Both the position numbers and the translations under genes were made by a program. From a virus, in the IMG/VR virus record IMGVR_UViG_3300046714_000236, positions 1 through 64,000 of that record: 64,000 nucleotides of DNA; one strand, given 5' to 3'. Positions 54,553 through 62,354 of this stretch are shown here, piece after piece. The notes beneath the pieces were generated by a model. The model saw nothing but the letters and a program-made list of their open reading frames with translations, had not been told where the DNA came from and ran no database searches. The stretch's first letter is position 1. Each line of letters begins with the position of its first letter.

Positions 54553-54900
54553 CTACTTCGGCCAGGCCGGGTGCAGCTTCGGCTCCTGCAGCTCGTACAG
54601 GGTCGACCAGACGTCGGAGTACAGATGCGCGCGCGGGCGGTCCTTCTCGGCGATCCGGCTCTTGAAGTTGTCGTAGTCGATCGCTCCTGTGATGCGAAGC
54701 ATCGCAGCGGCCACGACCGACTTCGAGCAAACCACCCGAAACCGATAGTCGGCATCGAGCGTTTCGCGGATCCGAATGCGCGAGCGCGCGTGTTCGAGAA
54801 ACTGCTTCAAGTCTTCGCGGCGCCGTGCGCGCACGCAGAGATCCACCGAGCCGCGCTTCTGCACGATGCTCACGAAACCGCCGTCGAAAAGGATCCACAT
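54553..54900 (-). CDS. Conserved-looking phage hypothetical protein
   Basis: MWI...GFVSIV...VRAR...DYRFR...IDYDNFK...VW pattern. Confidence 0.8.
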   Translation of the reverse strand: MWILFDGGFVSIVQKRGSVDLCVRARRREDLKQFLEHARSRIRIRETLDADYRFRVVCSKSVVAAAMLRITGAIDYDNFKSRIAEKDRPRAHLYSDVWSTLYELQEPKLHPAWPK

Positions 54901-55118
54901 CAGCGATCGATCTCGGTCCCGAGGCCCGCGCCGTCGTCGTTCATCTGCCCCCACCATGCCTTGTGCCCCGTGTTCAGGATGCACCGGTACTTGTCCCGCT
55001 CGGGAGCCGGGAGCTGTTCCATGTGCGCGCGGATCGCCGCGATGCCGTGGATCTCCTGCCCACTCGGGCCGATCACCGTCACGATGTTTTCGGGCACGTG
55101 AAACTCCAGATCGGGCAT
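54900..55118 (-). CDS. Small hypothetical protein
   Basis: GGCATCCT 6 nt before ATG; directly after the MuF-toxin gene. Confidence 0.7.
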   Translation of the reverse strand: MPDLEFHVPENIVTVIGPSGQEIHGIAAIRAHMEQLPAPERDKYRCILNTGHKAWWGQMNDDGAGLGTEIDR

Positions 55119-55137
55119 GTCGTGAGGATGCCGCGCT

Positions 55138-58131
55138 TCACCAATTGCCCAGCTTCTTCACGTACCCCCACGTCGCGGGCGGCCCGTACTTCTTCGCGTC
55201 TTCGTTCCACGTCGCGATCTGCGCCTTGGCTTCGTCGAGCGAGTCGGTGTGCATCCAGGTTCCCACCTGCTCGACGCCGTTCTTCGTGTAGAAGTAGCGC
55301 GCCGTCTTCTTCGGCTTCTTCGGCTTCGTCTCTGCAGACGTAGCCTCGACAGACTTCGGACGCGGGCCACGTCCGAAGTAGAGCGCCGATTCACCCGTCC
55401 CGTGTCCGCTCTCGACTTCTTCGAGCGTCACGTGCAGCGTTTTGGTTCGCCCCTGCAGCCGGTGCACTTCGACGATCCGAAACTTCCGCCCTTCATCGAG
55501 CAGAACTTCATCCTCGCCATAGTTGCTCGACTTCTGATTCACCGCGAGCCGTCCCTCGTGTTGCCCGGGTCTCATCTTGTAATGCCAGAGGATCGCATTC
55601 TGCCCCTTCGATCCGTTCTCGTGCGCGAAGCTCAGCGCGGAGCTCGGGCGCCACGACGTGCTCAACACCGACGGCAACGTGTGATGAGTGCTGTTCAACA
55701 CCTCGTGAATCTGCGCGTCGGTGATCCCGTGATCACCGCGATACAGATCCGAGAACTTCGCCTCCAATTGCAGATCGTGTGCTGGTGCTAGCGGGTGCGC
55801 TTTCTCCACCGCACTCGCAGCGTCTTTGAAGCCCGCGCGCAGCGATTCGTATTCTTCCTTCCGCCGCTTGTAGAGCCCCTTGTCGTACGACGATCCATAA
55901 CTGCTCTCGTTGAACTCCTTCTCCGTCTTCCGCTTCGTCGAGAGCAGCGAGTGATAGCCGCTGCCCGTGTAGTCCTTCATGACCAACATCTGATCCGGGT
56001 GCGCTTGCTCCCACGCCGCGAGCTTCCGCATCTCCATGAAGTTGAAGTCGGACCGCGACGTGAACCCCGCGGGCTCGTTGCGATCACGATCGAGCGGCTT
56101 CGTTTCGAGCTCCGAAAACTTTCGCTCGTTCGCCGCGCCCTTCGCCGCTTTCTTCACCCGCGCCTTCACGAGCGTCTTCAGCTTCTCACTCAAAAGATCC
56201 GTCTTCTGATTGAGCATCTTCACCGTCTGCGCGTGATCGGCAGGTGAGAGCCCGGGCGCGTTGTGCTTCACGTACGCGTCCCACCCACCGCCATCGAGAT
56301 CGCGGAGTTTCTTGATCGCTTTGATCTGCGCCGCGAGCCCCGTGATGTCTTCCGCTTTCGAGACGCCCGCTTCCTTCGCGACTCGCGCGTAATCCTTGTT
56401 CAGATCCGGATTGAAGAACCCTTCCCACTCGCTGATCCCCTCCATCTGCCCGAGCGTCTTTCGTCCCGCCTTCGCGCGGAAAAGGAACACGCCGCCCTTG
56501 TCGATGCGTTCCGCGCTGTGCCCCGCGCTTCCCTTCGGGATCAGAATGTTGTCGAGCCCCGAGCCCACCGCATCCCAGTTCGCGGTCAGCACGTCGGCCG
56601 CAAACCCTTTCATCACCGTCTTCGCAGCCGTCGGCGTGAGCCCCGCCGTCTTCAGCGGTTCGCCCTCGATGATCTTGCTCGCGTACGCCGTGACCTTGTC
56701 GCCCGTCTTCGGGTGCGTCGCCGTGAACAGTTCGCTCTTCACCGTGCCGAGCCCGAGATCGTCGTAGATCACATTGGCGAGATGTTCGAGCTGCGCCTGC
56801 GCCGGGTCATCGTAGAACTTCACGTAGCGATCCACGCCGTCGGCGCCCTTGTAGAGCCCGCCTTCGTTCGAGCCCGCTTGTCCGCCGATCTTCTCGGCCA
56901 TGATCACGTCCGCGCGCGGCACTTCCGGCGCGACAATCTGCGGAGGTGGCGTCGGTTCGAGCACGATCGGGGAAGCGTGCACGTGCTCAGGAGGCGGGAG
57001 CGGCCACGGTTGCCCGACCGGAGGCGGGAGCGCCGCGAGATCGGGAGGTGGCGCGGGAGGTTGTGCCCCGAGCGTGTCACCGATCAAGATCGTCGTCGGC
57101 TGCTTCACGATCTTCAGCGGCTGCACCTTGCCGAACTGATCGAGCGGTACCGTCGTCATGAGCGGTCGCGCCGGGGGCGATCCCTTCCGCCCTTCGAGCC
57201 GCCAACGAACGAGCACCTCGGCATCGGACCGCGGCGTGAGTGACTCGGGGATCGGCCAGCTGATCCGATGAGGAACGACGACGGCACGATCGTTCGGGCG
57301 ATCGGGAGGGTGCATCACCGAGCCGAACCACGTCGCGAACATTTGCTCGGGGCGTCGGATCTCGCCGTGCACCGCGATCGAGTCCGCGCCCGTCCTGCTG
57401 TCGAACACGCAGGACAAGATCTTCACCATGTCCCCGAGCTGCGCGTTCGCTTGGCTGATCGCGATCTCCGAACTCTTCCCGTGCGCCGCCATCACTTCGG
57501 TTCGGAGGATCCGTTCAGCCCAGTGCGCGGGAGCTCCCTGAAGAAACGGGGAAGCTTTGATCAACCGATCACGGGTTTCGTCCCATGGGGTTTGCGCGAG
57601 GAACCGCTGTTGAAGCGTGCCCTCGAAGTGTTCGACAACCTGCGCGCCGTAGCGCTGCAGGATCCCCGGCCCCTTCTTCTCATCGTATTGCAGCCGGTGC
57701 AGGAGACTCGACTCCGCGCCGTGCGTCGCGCGGTCGTAGAGCGCGGCTTCGTCGAGCTGCAGCGGTTGGTGGATCCCCTTGAACTTCGCTTGCGTGGCTC
57801 GCAGGTATTCGATCGTGCTCCCCGCGGCGAGTCCGGCCGTCTGCTTGCCGGTTTCGAGCGCCGTGCTTGTGATGCCCGCCTTCACGTCGACGAGCACCGC
57901 GCGCACTTGAGTGAGCACGCTCTGCAACTTCGCAGCGGTGAAACTCTCGGAGCCCGGGCCCTTCAAGCCCTGCGCGTGCGTGAGACGTTCGACGAGATCT
58001 TTCTCGGCGCGCTTCAGGATCGGGAGCATCCGATCGCGCGTGAGCTTCTCCGCGAGCTCGATCGCCTTCGCGCGATTCGAGGCGAGGATCGCCGCGGGAC
58101 CCTGGCCCGTGATGAGTGCAGGGACCGCCAC
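55138..58131 (-). CDS. MuF/SPP1 gp7-like head protein fused to kinase-like and ADP-ribosyltransferase domains
   Basis: ERILRTE..A, DSRT, HPPDRPNDR (MuF); GSNEGG, YVK, NWD, DN, RIDKGG (kinase-like); LYRG, STS, EDE (R-S-E ART). Confidence 0.85.
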   Translation of the reverse strand: MAVPALITGQGPAAILASNRAKAIELAEKLTRDRMLPILKRAEKDLVERLTHAQGLKGPGSESFTAAKLQSVLTQVRAVLVDVKAGITSTALETGKQTAGLAAGSTIEYLRATQAKFKGIHQPLQLDEAALYDRATHGAESSLLHRLQYDEKKGPGILQRYGAQVVEHFEGTLQQRFLAQTPWDETRDRLIKASPFLQGAPAHWAERILRTEVMAAHGKSSEIAISQANAQLGDMVKILSCVFDSRTGADSIAVHGEIRRPEQMFATWFGSVMHPPDRPNDRAVVVPHRISWPIPESLTPRSDAEVLVRWRLEGRKGSPPARPLMTTVPLDQFGKVQPLKIVKQPTTILIGDTLGAQPPAPPPDLAALPPPVGQPWPLPPPEHVHASPIVLEPTPPPQIVAPEVPRADVIMAEKIGGQAGSNEGGLYKGADGVDRYVKFYDDPAQAQLEHLANVIYDDLGLGTVKSELFTATHPKTGDKVTAYASKIIEGEPLKTAGLTPTAAKTVMKGFAADVLTANWDAVGSGLDNILIPKGSAGHSAERIDKGGVFLFRAKAGRKTLGQMEGISEWEGFFNPDLNKDYARVAKEAGVSKAEDITGLAAQIKAIKKLRDLDGGGWDAYVKHNAPGLSPADHAQTVKMLNQKTDLLSEKLKTLVKARVKKAAKGAANERKFSELETKPLDRDRNEPAGFTSRSDFNFMEMRKLAAWEQAHPDQMLVMKDYTGSGYHSLLSTKRKTEKEFNESSYGSSYDKGLYKRRKEEYESLRAGFKDAASAVEKAHPLAPAHDLQLEAKFSDLYRGDHGITDAQIHEVLNSTHHTLPSVLSTSWRPSSALSFAHENGSKGQNAILWHYKMRPGQHEGRLAVNQKSSNYGEDEVLLDEGRKFRIVEVHRLQGRTKTLHVTLEEVESGHGTGESALYFGRGPRPKSVEATSAETKPKKPKKTARYFYTKNGVEQVGTWMHTDSLDEAKAQIATWNEDAKKYGPPATWGYVKKLGNW

Positions 58132-58143
58132 GATCGATCTCTA

Positions 58144-60351
58144 TCAGATGCCGGGAAGCTTCGGCTGCACGGGGAGTGCGGGAACGGGAGGCGCGACCGG
58201 CTTCGGCGCGAGTGCGCCCCCGAGCCCTTCGCCTTCCGCTTGGCCCTTCGCTTCCTTCTTCGCCGCGTACTCCGCAACGGTGAGATCACCGTCCGGATCG
58301 GGTCGCTTGTCCTTCGTGAGAAGCGGCCCGAGTTTGATGCTCCGCCGCGCCTCGTTCACCGTGACGATCTTCGCGACGTCGGTCGGCGTGACGAGCCCAT
58401 CCTCTGCGTCTGCAAGCCCGACCGGGAGGATCCCATCCGGACCGACATCGATGTCGGTCGGCGCGGGAGCGTTCGGATCGACGGGCCCCGCGGGAGGCGT
58501 CGCACCTGGCGGAAGCTCGTTCGGGTTCGGCACCGCGCCGCCGAACGGCGGCGTGAGACCCATCTCCAGATCGCGAGCACGAGCGGCTTCGTCCTGCACG
58601 CGTTGCCACTCCTTCTCGGGATCGCGGTTCATCATGTTCGCGATGCTCTCGACCATGCTCTGCTGACTCGCGACCGGCTTCGCTCCGATCGCCGTCGACG
58701 CACCGGCCATCGCTTGCTGGCGTTCCGCGATCGTGGGCGGGAAGTATTCGCCCCATTCGAGCGAAAGCGAACCACTGCCAGGCTCGCGCTCGATCGTGCG
58801 CGTCTCGTCGGTCGCGTTGCCGTCCTTGTCGAGAACCGGTTCCTTCCGCGGTTCGAGATCGAGGAAGTATTCGACATCGTTCGCGGGCTCTTCGGGCTCG
58901 GTCGGGATCGCCGCCGTGTCGACGTCGTACGTCGGGAGCGGGTCCTCGTTCAGCGCGTAGTCTTCTTCGATCGTGACCGGCGTGAGCGGCGCGCCCTGCG
59001 CCTTGCCGAGCAGACGGCGCGCGCTCCGGATCTGATCGTTCAGAAGCCGGAGGATCCCCATGTCCCCGTAGTGTTCGCGGTACACGTCCGCGACGTTGAT
59101 CATCGGCGCGTAGATCATCTTGATCGCGACGCTGCTCGTCCCTGCCGCCGCGATCTCGTCGGGGTCGGGGATCACGCACTGCACGTCTTCGAGGATGGAG
59201 TTCTTCTGCGCCTTGATCAGTTCGAGCCCCGCCGTGATCGAGCTGCCCGAGAGTTCGAGATACTTCGCATCGCGCGGCGAATTGCTCTCGGTAACACCGG
59301 TCGCGAGCGCGTGATCGCTTCCCTTCATGAGCACCATTGCGCCCATTTCGGCGGGGGTCACACCCGGGAGCACGAGCGTCGGATCGAGGTTCTTCGCACC
59401 ACCACGCGCGAGCACCGAGTTCAGAACGTCGAGCGTGTCGAGCGCCTCGAACTGCCCTTCGTAGTCCGGCTCTCCGTCGACGCTCGCCTGCTTCGCTTCG
59501 CTGTCGTTCGTGATCCAAACGAAGTGACACCGAGCATCGTTGTGCGAGAAGCACATCGGTTCATCGCGTTCCCACGGCACGCGCTCGCCATCGTTCCGAA
59601 CCGGGGTCGGTTTGAAACAGACATCCTCGTTCAGCGTCCAGTCACGCCGCACCCAGTGCTGGATCTCGACGAGCTCGCCCTTGTCGTTCTTCCCCGTCAT
59701 CGGGAGCTGATAGAGCTCCATCACGTGCGACGGGATCTTCTCGTCGAAGTTCGCCCACTGCAGCGTGTAGATCTGCGAACCGTCGTGCACGCGGTTCACC
59801 GGTTTCCCTTCGTAGAAGCACCACGAAATCCCGACCGTGCCGCACGAGCCGCCGACGTTCCGCGCCTGCACCATGCGAACGCGGAGCTGCCCGATCTTCG
59901 CGAGCTCTTCGGCGTAGTCCTGCGTCGCGGGATCGTCGGATCGAAGTTGCGGGAATCGGTTCTGCCCGAAGAGCAGCGACGTGAAGCGCTTCGTGATCGT
60001 GCGCGCGAGTCGCTTCGGTGCGTGCGGTCTCCGTTGTTCGAGCGGCACGTAGAAGCTCGGCTGCTGTCCGATCAGCGGCTGGCTCCCCCACAGTTCCTCG
60101 TGCTGCCGAAAGCGGCCCGAGAAATCGAACATCTTGTCGTCGTGCTGCGTGCACGTGTACCACTTCGACGCGAACCGGAGTTTCTTCGAGCGGTTCGAGT
60201 AGTAGTACGACTCCGGGTTGACGTAGTCATCCGACGCGGGAACTGCGCTCGGTTGCGCGTGCACGTCCTCGGGTCCTGTCGTCGTCGCGCCGGGCCCGAA
60301 CGCAGAGTACGTCTGCACGGGCGCCGCGTTGCCTTGACCGAAGATCCCCAT
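58144..60351 (-). CDS. Portal protein
   Basis: Between terminase and MuF; SSVAIK..YAPM, W..YFP and TVNEARR motifs. Confidence 0.85.
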   Translation of the reverse strand: MGIFGQGNAAPVQTYSAFGPGATTTGPEDVHAQPSAVPASDDYVNPESYYYSNRSKKLRFASKWYTCTQHDDKMFDFSGRFRQHEELWGSQPLIGQQPSFYVPLEQRRPHAPKRLARTITKRFTSLLFGQNRFPQLRSDDPATQDYAEELAKIGQLRVRMVQARNVGGSCGTVGISWCFYEGKPVNRVHDGSQIYTLQWANFDEKIPSHVMELYQLPMTGKNDKGELVEIQHWVRRDWTLNEDVCFKPTPVRNDGERVPWERDEPMCFSHNDARCHFVWITNDSEAKQASVDGEPDYEGQFEALDTLDVLNSVLARGGAKNLDPTLVLPGVTPAEMGAMVLMKGSDHALATGVTESNSPRDAKYLELSGSSITAGLELIKAQKNSILEDVQCVIPDPDEIAAAGTSSVAIKMIYAPMINVADVYREHYGDMGILRLLNDQIRSARRLLGKAQGAPLTPVTIEEDYALNEDPLPTYDVDTAAIPTEPEEPANDVEYFLDLEPRKEPVLDKDGNATDETRTIEREPGSGSLSLEWGEYFPPTIAERQQAMAGASTAIGAKPVASQQSMVESIANMMNRDPEKEWQRVQDEAARARDLEMGLTPPFGGAVPNPNELPPGATPPAGPVDPNAPAPTDIDVGPDGILPVGLADAEDGLVTPTDVAKIVTVNEARRSIKLGPLLTKDKRPDPDGDLTVAEYAAKKEAKGQAEGEGLGGALAPKPVAPPVPALPVQPKLPGI
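58440..58459. repeat. 20-bp palindrome copy 12 (inside portal CDS)
   Basis: Exact; encodes (P)TDIDVG in the Pro-rich tail. Confidence 0.97.
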
Positions 60352-60632
60352 CAGCGAGCCCCTCGCCGTTCGGCGATGCTCCCGACCAACGGGAACTCCT
60401 CAGGCTCGGGATCGACGAGCCGCATGCGGGGCTCGATCATGGCGCGCGCTTCAGGTGTCACGACCGGGCCGTCGTAGCCGTCGATCTCCTGCGCGCGATC
60501 TTCCCCAACGAGCTCACCGAGCGGCGTTCGGATCGCGTCCGACGCCGCATCGGGATCGAGCTTCATCGCGGCCTTCGCGAGCAGGCCCGCAGTAAAGGAA
60601 CGCGCGATCATCCGCACGGCGTCGAGCACCAT
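60351..60632 (-). CDS. Hypothetical protein
   Basis: TACGCT 7 nt before ATG. Confidence 0.7.
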   Translation of the reverse strand: MVLDAVRMIARSFTAGLLAKAAMKLDPDAASDAIRTPLGELVGEDRAQEIDGYDGPVVTPEARAMIEPRMRLVDPEPEEFPLVGSIAERRGAR

Positions 60633-60645
60633 GCGGAAGAGCGTA

Positions 60646-61221
60646 CTACGTCCCCGGGTCTTTGAGCCACGCGGGATCGGCGACGTTCTTCGCTTGGCTC
60701 ACCGCAAGCCATCTCACGAGCAGCCCGCGCCCGTAACCGTACAGACTGAGCGGGATGATCCCCGGGTTCGCGATGCCGAGCCGCATCCGGCCGCCGATGA
60801 TGAACCCACGGTCCGCGCTCGGGTGCGGGTGATCTTCGCCGATGTGGATGAGCGATTGATCGCCGGCCGCGAGCGTTGCCGTGAGGTGCCCGCCCTGCGT
60901 GTCACTGAGAAGCCGGAGCTGCCCCGAGCTATCCGCATGCGTCATTCCCACGCACGCGACCCAAAAGATCCACGGGAACCCCTGCTCGACGTCGAGCACT
61001 GCAGGGCAGATCCGGGTACTCGCCGACGAGTTCAACGCCCATCCCTCGCCCCACGATCGCCGGAAGTAGCCACGCGCGCCGCGCCGTCCATGAAGCTGTG
61101 ACTCGTACGGGAGCAAGATCACTCCCTGCGATTCGAGCGCCGCAACGCGTTCGGCCCCTTCGACTATCTGCCCTTCTCGGAGCGCGCCTCGGTGATCGAA
61201 CACGACGATTGCAGATTCCAC
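60646..61221 (-). CDS. Hypothetical protein
   Basis: GGGAAAGG RBS; beta-rich. Confidence 0.65.
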   Translation of the reverse strand: MESAIVVFDHRGALREGQIVEGAERVAALESQGVILLPYESQLHGRRGARGYFRRSWGEGWALNSSASTRICPAVLDVEQGFPWIFWVACVGMTHADSSGQLRLLSDTQGGHLTATLAAGDQSLIHIGEDHPHPSADRGFIIGGRMRLGIANPGIIPLSLYGYGRGLLVRWLAVSQAKNVADPAWLKDPGT

Positions 61222-61236
61222 GCTTCAGCCTTTCCC

Positions 61237-61256
61237 GACCGACATCGATGTCGGTC
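61237..61256. repeat. 20-bp palindrome copy 13
   Basis: Exact; abuts the stop at 61257. Confidence 0.97.
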
Positions 61257-61616
61257 CTAGAGTGATGCGGCGGACGCGCGTTCTGCGCACCACCTGGCGA
61301 CTTCTTCTTCGAGCCGCGCGATCGTCCGGAGTGCCCCGCGCGGGTCGCGAGCGTACAGAAGAGCGCGGCGCGGGTCGCTCTTCGCGGCGCGGAGCACGAT
61401 GCTCCACCGCGTGAAGGTGAACACGATCCCCACTTCGAGGAGGTAGCTTTCGAGGATCCCGTTCGCGTGCCCTTCGAGCACGTCGAGCACCGGCCGCGAG
61501 AGTCGCTCGGATCGCCGGCCTTCGAGCATCGCTTCGAGGCGCGTGCGAATGTCGACCGTCGGGAACACCGTTCCGATCTTGAACACCCCGCTCCGTTCGA
61601 TCCATTCAGCCGGCAT
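61257..61616 (-). CDS. Hypothetical protein
   Basis: Co-oriented; GAGG RBS. Confidence 0.6.
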   Translation of the reverse strand: MPAEWIERSGVFKIGTVFPTVDIRTRLEAMLEGRRSERLSRPVLDVLEGHANGILESYLLEVGIVFTFTRWSIVLRAAKSDPRRALLYARDPRGALRTIARLEEEVARWCAERASAASL

Positions 61617-62004
61617 CGTCCTCAGGATACTCCGCGTCCACCCAGCGACTAATCGCCGCGCGGTACTGATCGAGAAGCTCGAAAAGCTTCGCGCAGTCCC
61701 GCACCACCGTGCTCCCCGGATCTCCGACCGACGCGCGCAGCCGCCCGAGCTCTTCCCACGTCTTGCCCATGCAGAACTCCGCGCGCCGCCCGAGCGTCAC
61801 GATCGGATCGGCAGGCTCTGCCACCGCACGGAACCGTGGCTGCTTCTTCGGCTTCGGTGTGAGCGCTCGCCGCACCTCGTTCGCAATCTGTCGCGGATCC
61901 CCGTTCACGCGCACTTTGATGTTGATACTCTCGGGCACGCTGTGCACCGGTGAGCTCGGGATCTCTGCGGGGCGAATCGTGCGTTGACGGGGCATGGGGG
62001 GCAT
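61606..62004 (-). CDS. Hypothetical protein
   Basis: ORF track; start may be 61995. Confidence 0.6.
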   Translation of the reverse strand: MPPMPRQRTIRPAEIPSSPVHSVPESINIKVRVNGDPRQIANEVRRALTPKPKKQPRFRAVAEPADPIVTLGRRAEFCMGKTWEELGRLRASVGDPGSTVVRDCAKLFELLDQYRAAISRWVDAEYPEDDAG

Positions 62005-62012
62005 TGATGCCG

Positions 62013-62354
62013 CTAGCTCTCGTCGTATCGAACCTCGACGCGCCCGACGGCTCTGCCGTTCACGAAGATGGTAGCACCTCGGAACTGTGCGGCGTCAACG
62101 AGCGCGGGCCGTTCCTCTCGGAAGCGATGCGTCACGATGTACTCCGTTGCCGTTTCGAATGCCGCCGTGAGCGCCTGAAAGGCTTCCGCCGTCCCGCCGT
62201 TGTCCGGGTGCGCGTCCTTCGCCCGCAAGCGGTAGGAGCGTCGGACGAGCGCCTCGACGTCTGCCCGCGTGTCGACTTGCTCCTGCCCCGTGATGCCGAG
62301 CGCCTGCAGTGCACGAACGAACTCGGCCTTCGTCAGAAGGCGTTTACCTCGCAT
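62013..62354 (-). CDS. J-domain (DnaJ-like) protein
   Basis: LGI...RRSYRLRAKDAHPDNGGTAEAFQ.L..AF with the HPD motif. Confidence 0.85.
   Translation of the reverse strand: MRGKRLLTKAEFVRALQALGITGQEQVDTRADVEALVRRSYRLRAKDAHPDNGGTAEAFQALTAAFETATEYIVTHRFREERPALVDAAQFRGATIFVNGRAVGRVEVRYDES

Noticed and set aside
57268-60477. 1069-aa plus-strand ORF and other long antisense ORFs (e.g. 24347..26581, 18980..20860, 34794..36677)
   Set aside because: Shadow frames of high-GC genes. They are Arg-rich, have no motifs and lie opposite well-supported CDSs.
3531-61256. Palindrome as a CRISPR repeat, IS end or intrinsic terminator
   Set aside because: Copies are kb apart with no spacers, cas genes or transposase. 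There are no target duplications or U-tracts, and two copies are inside CDSs.
3079-61605. Recurrent peptides TDIDVG / PTSMSV / DRHRCRS as a protein motif
   Set aside because: These are translations of the DNA palindrome in different frames, mostly within spurious ORF extensions.
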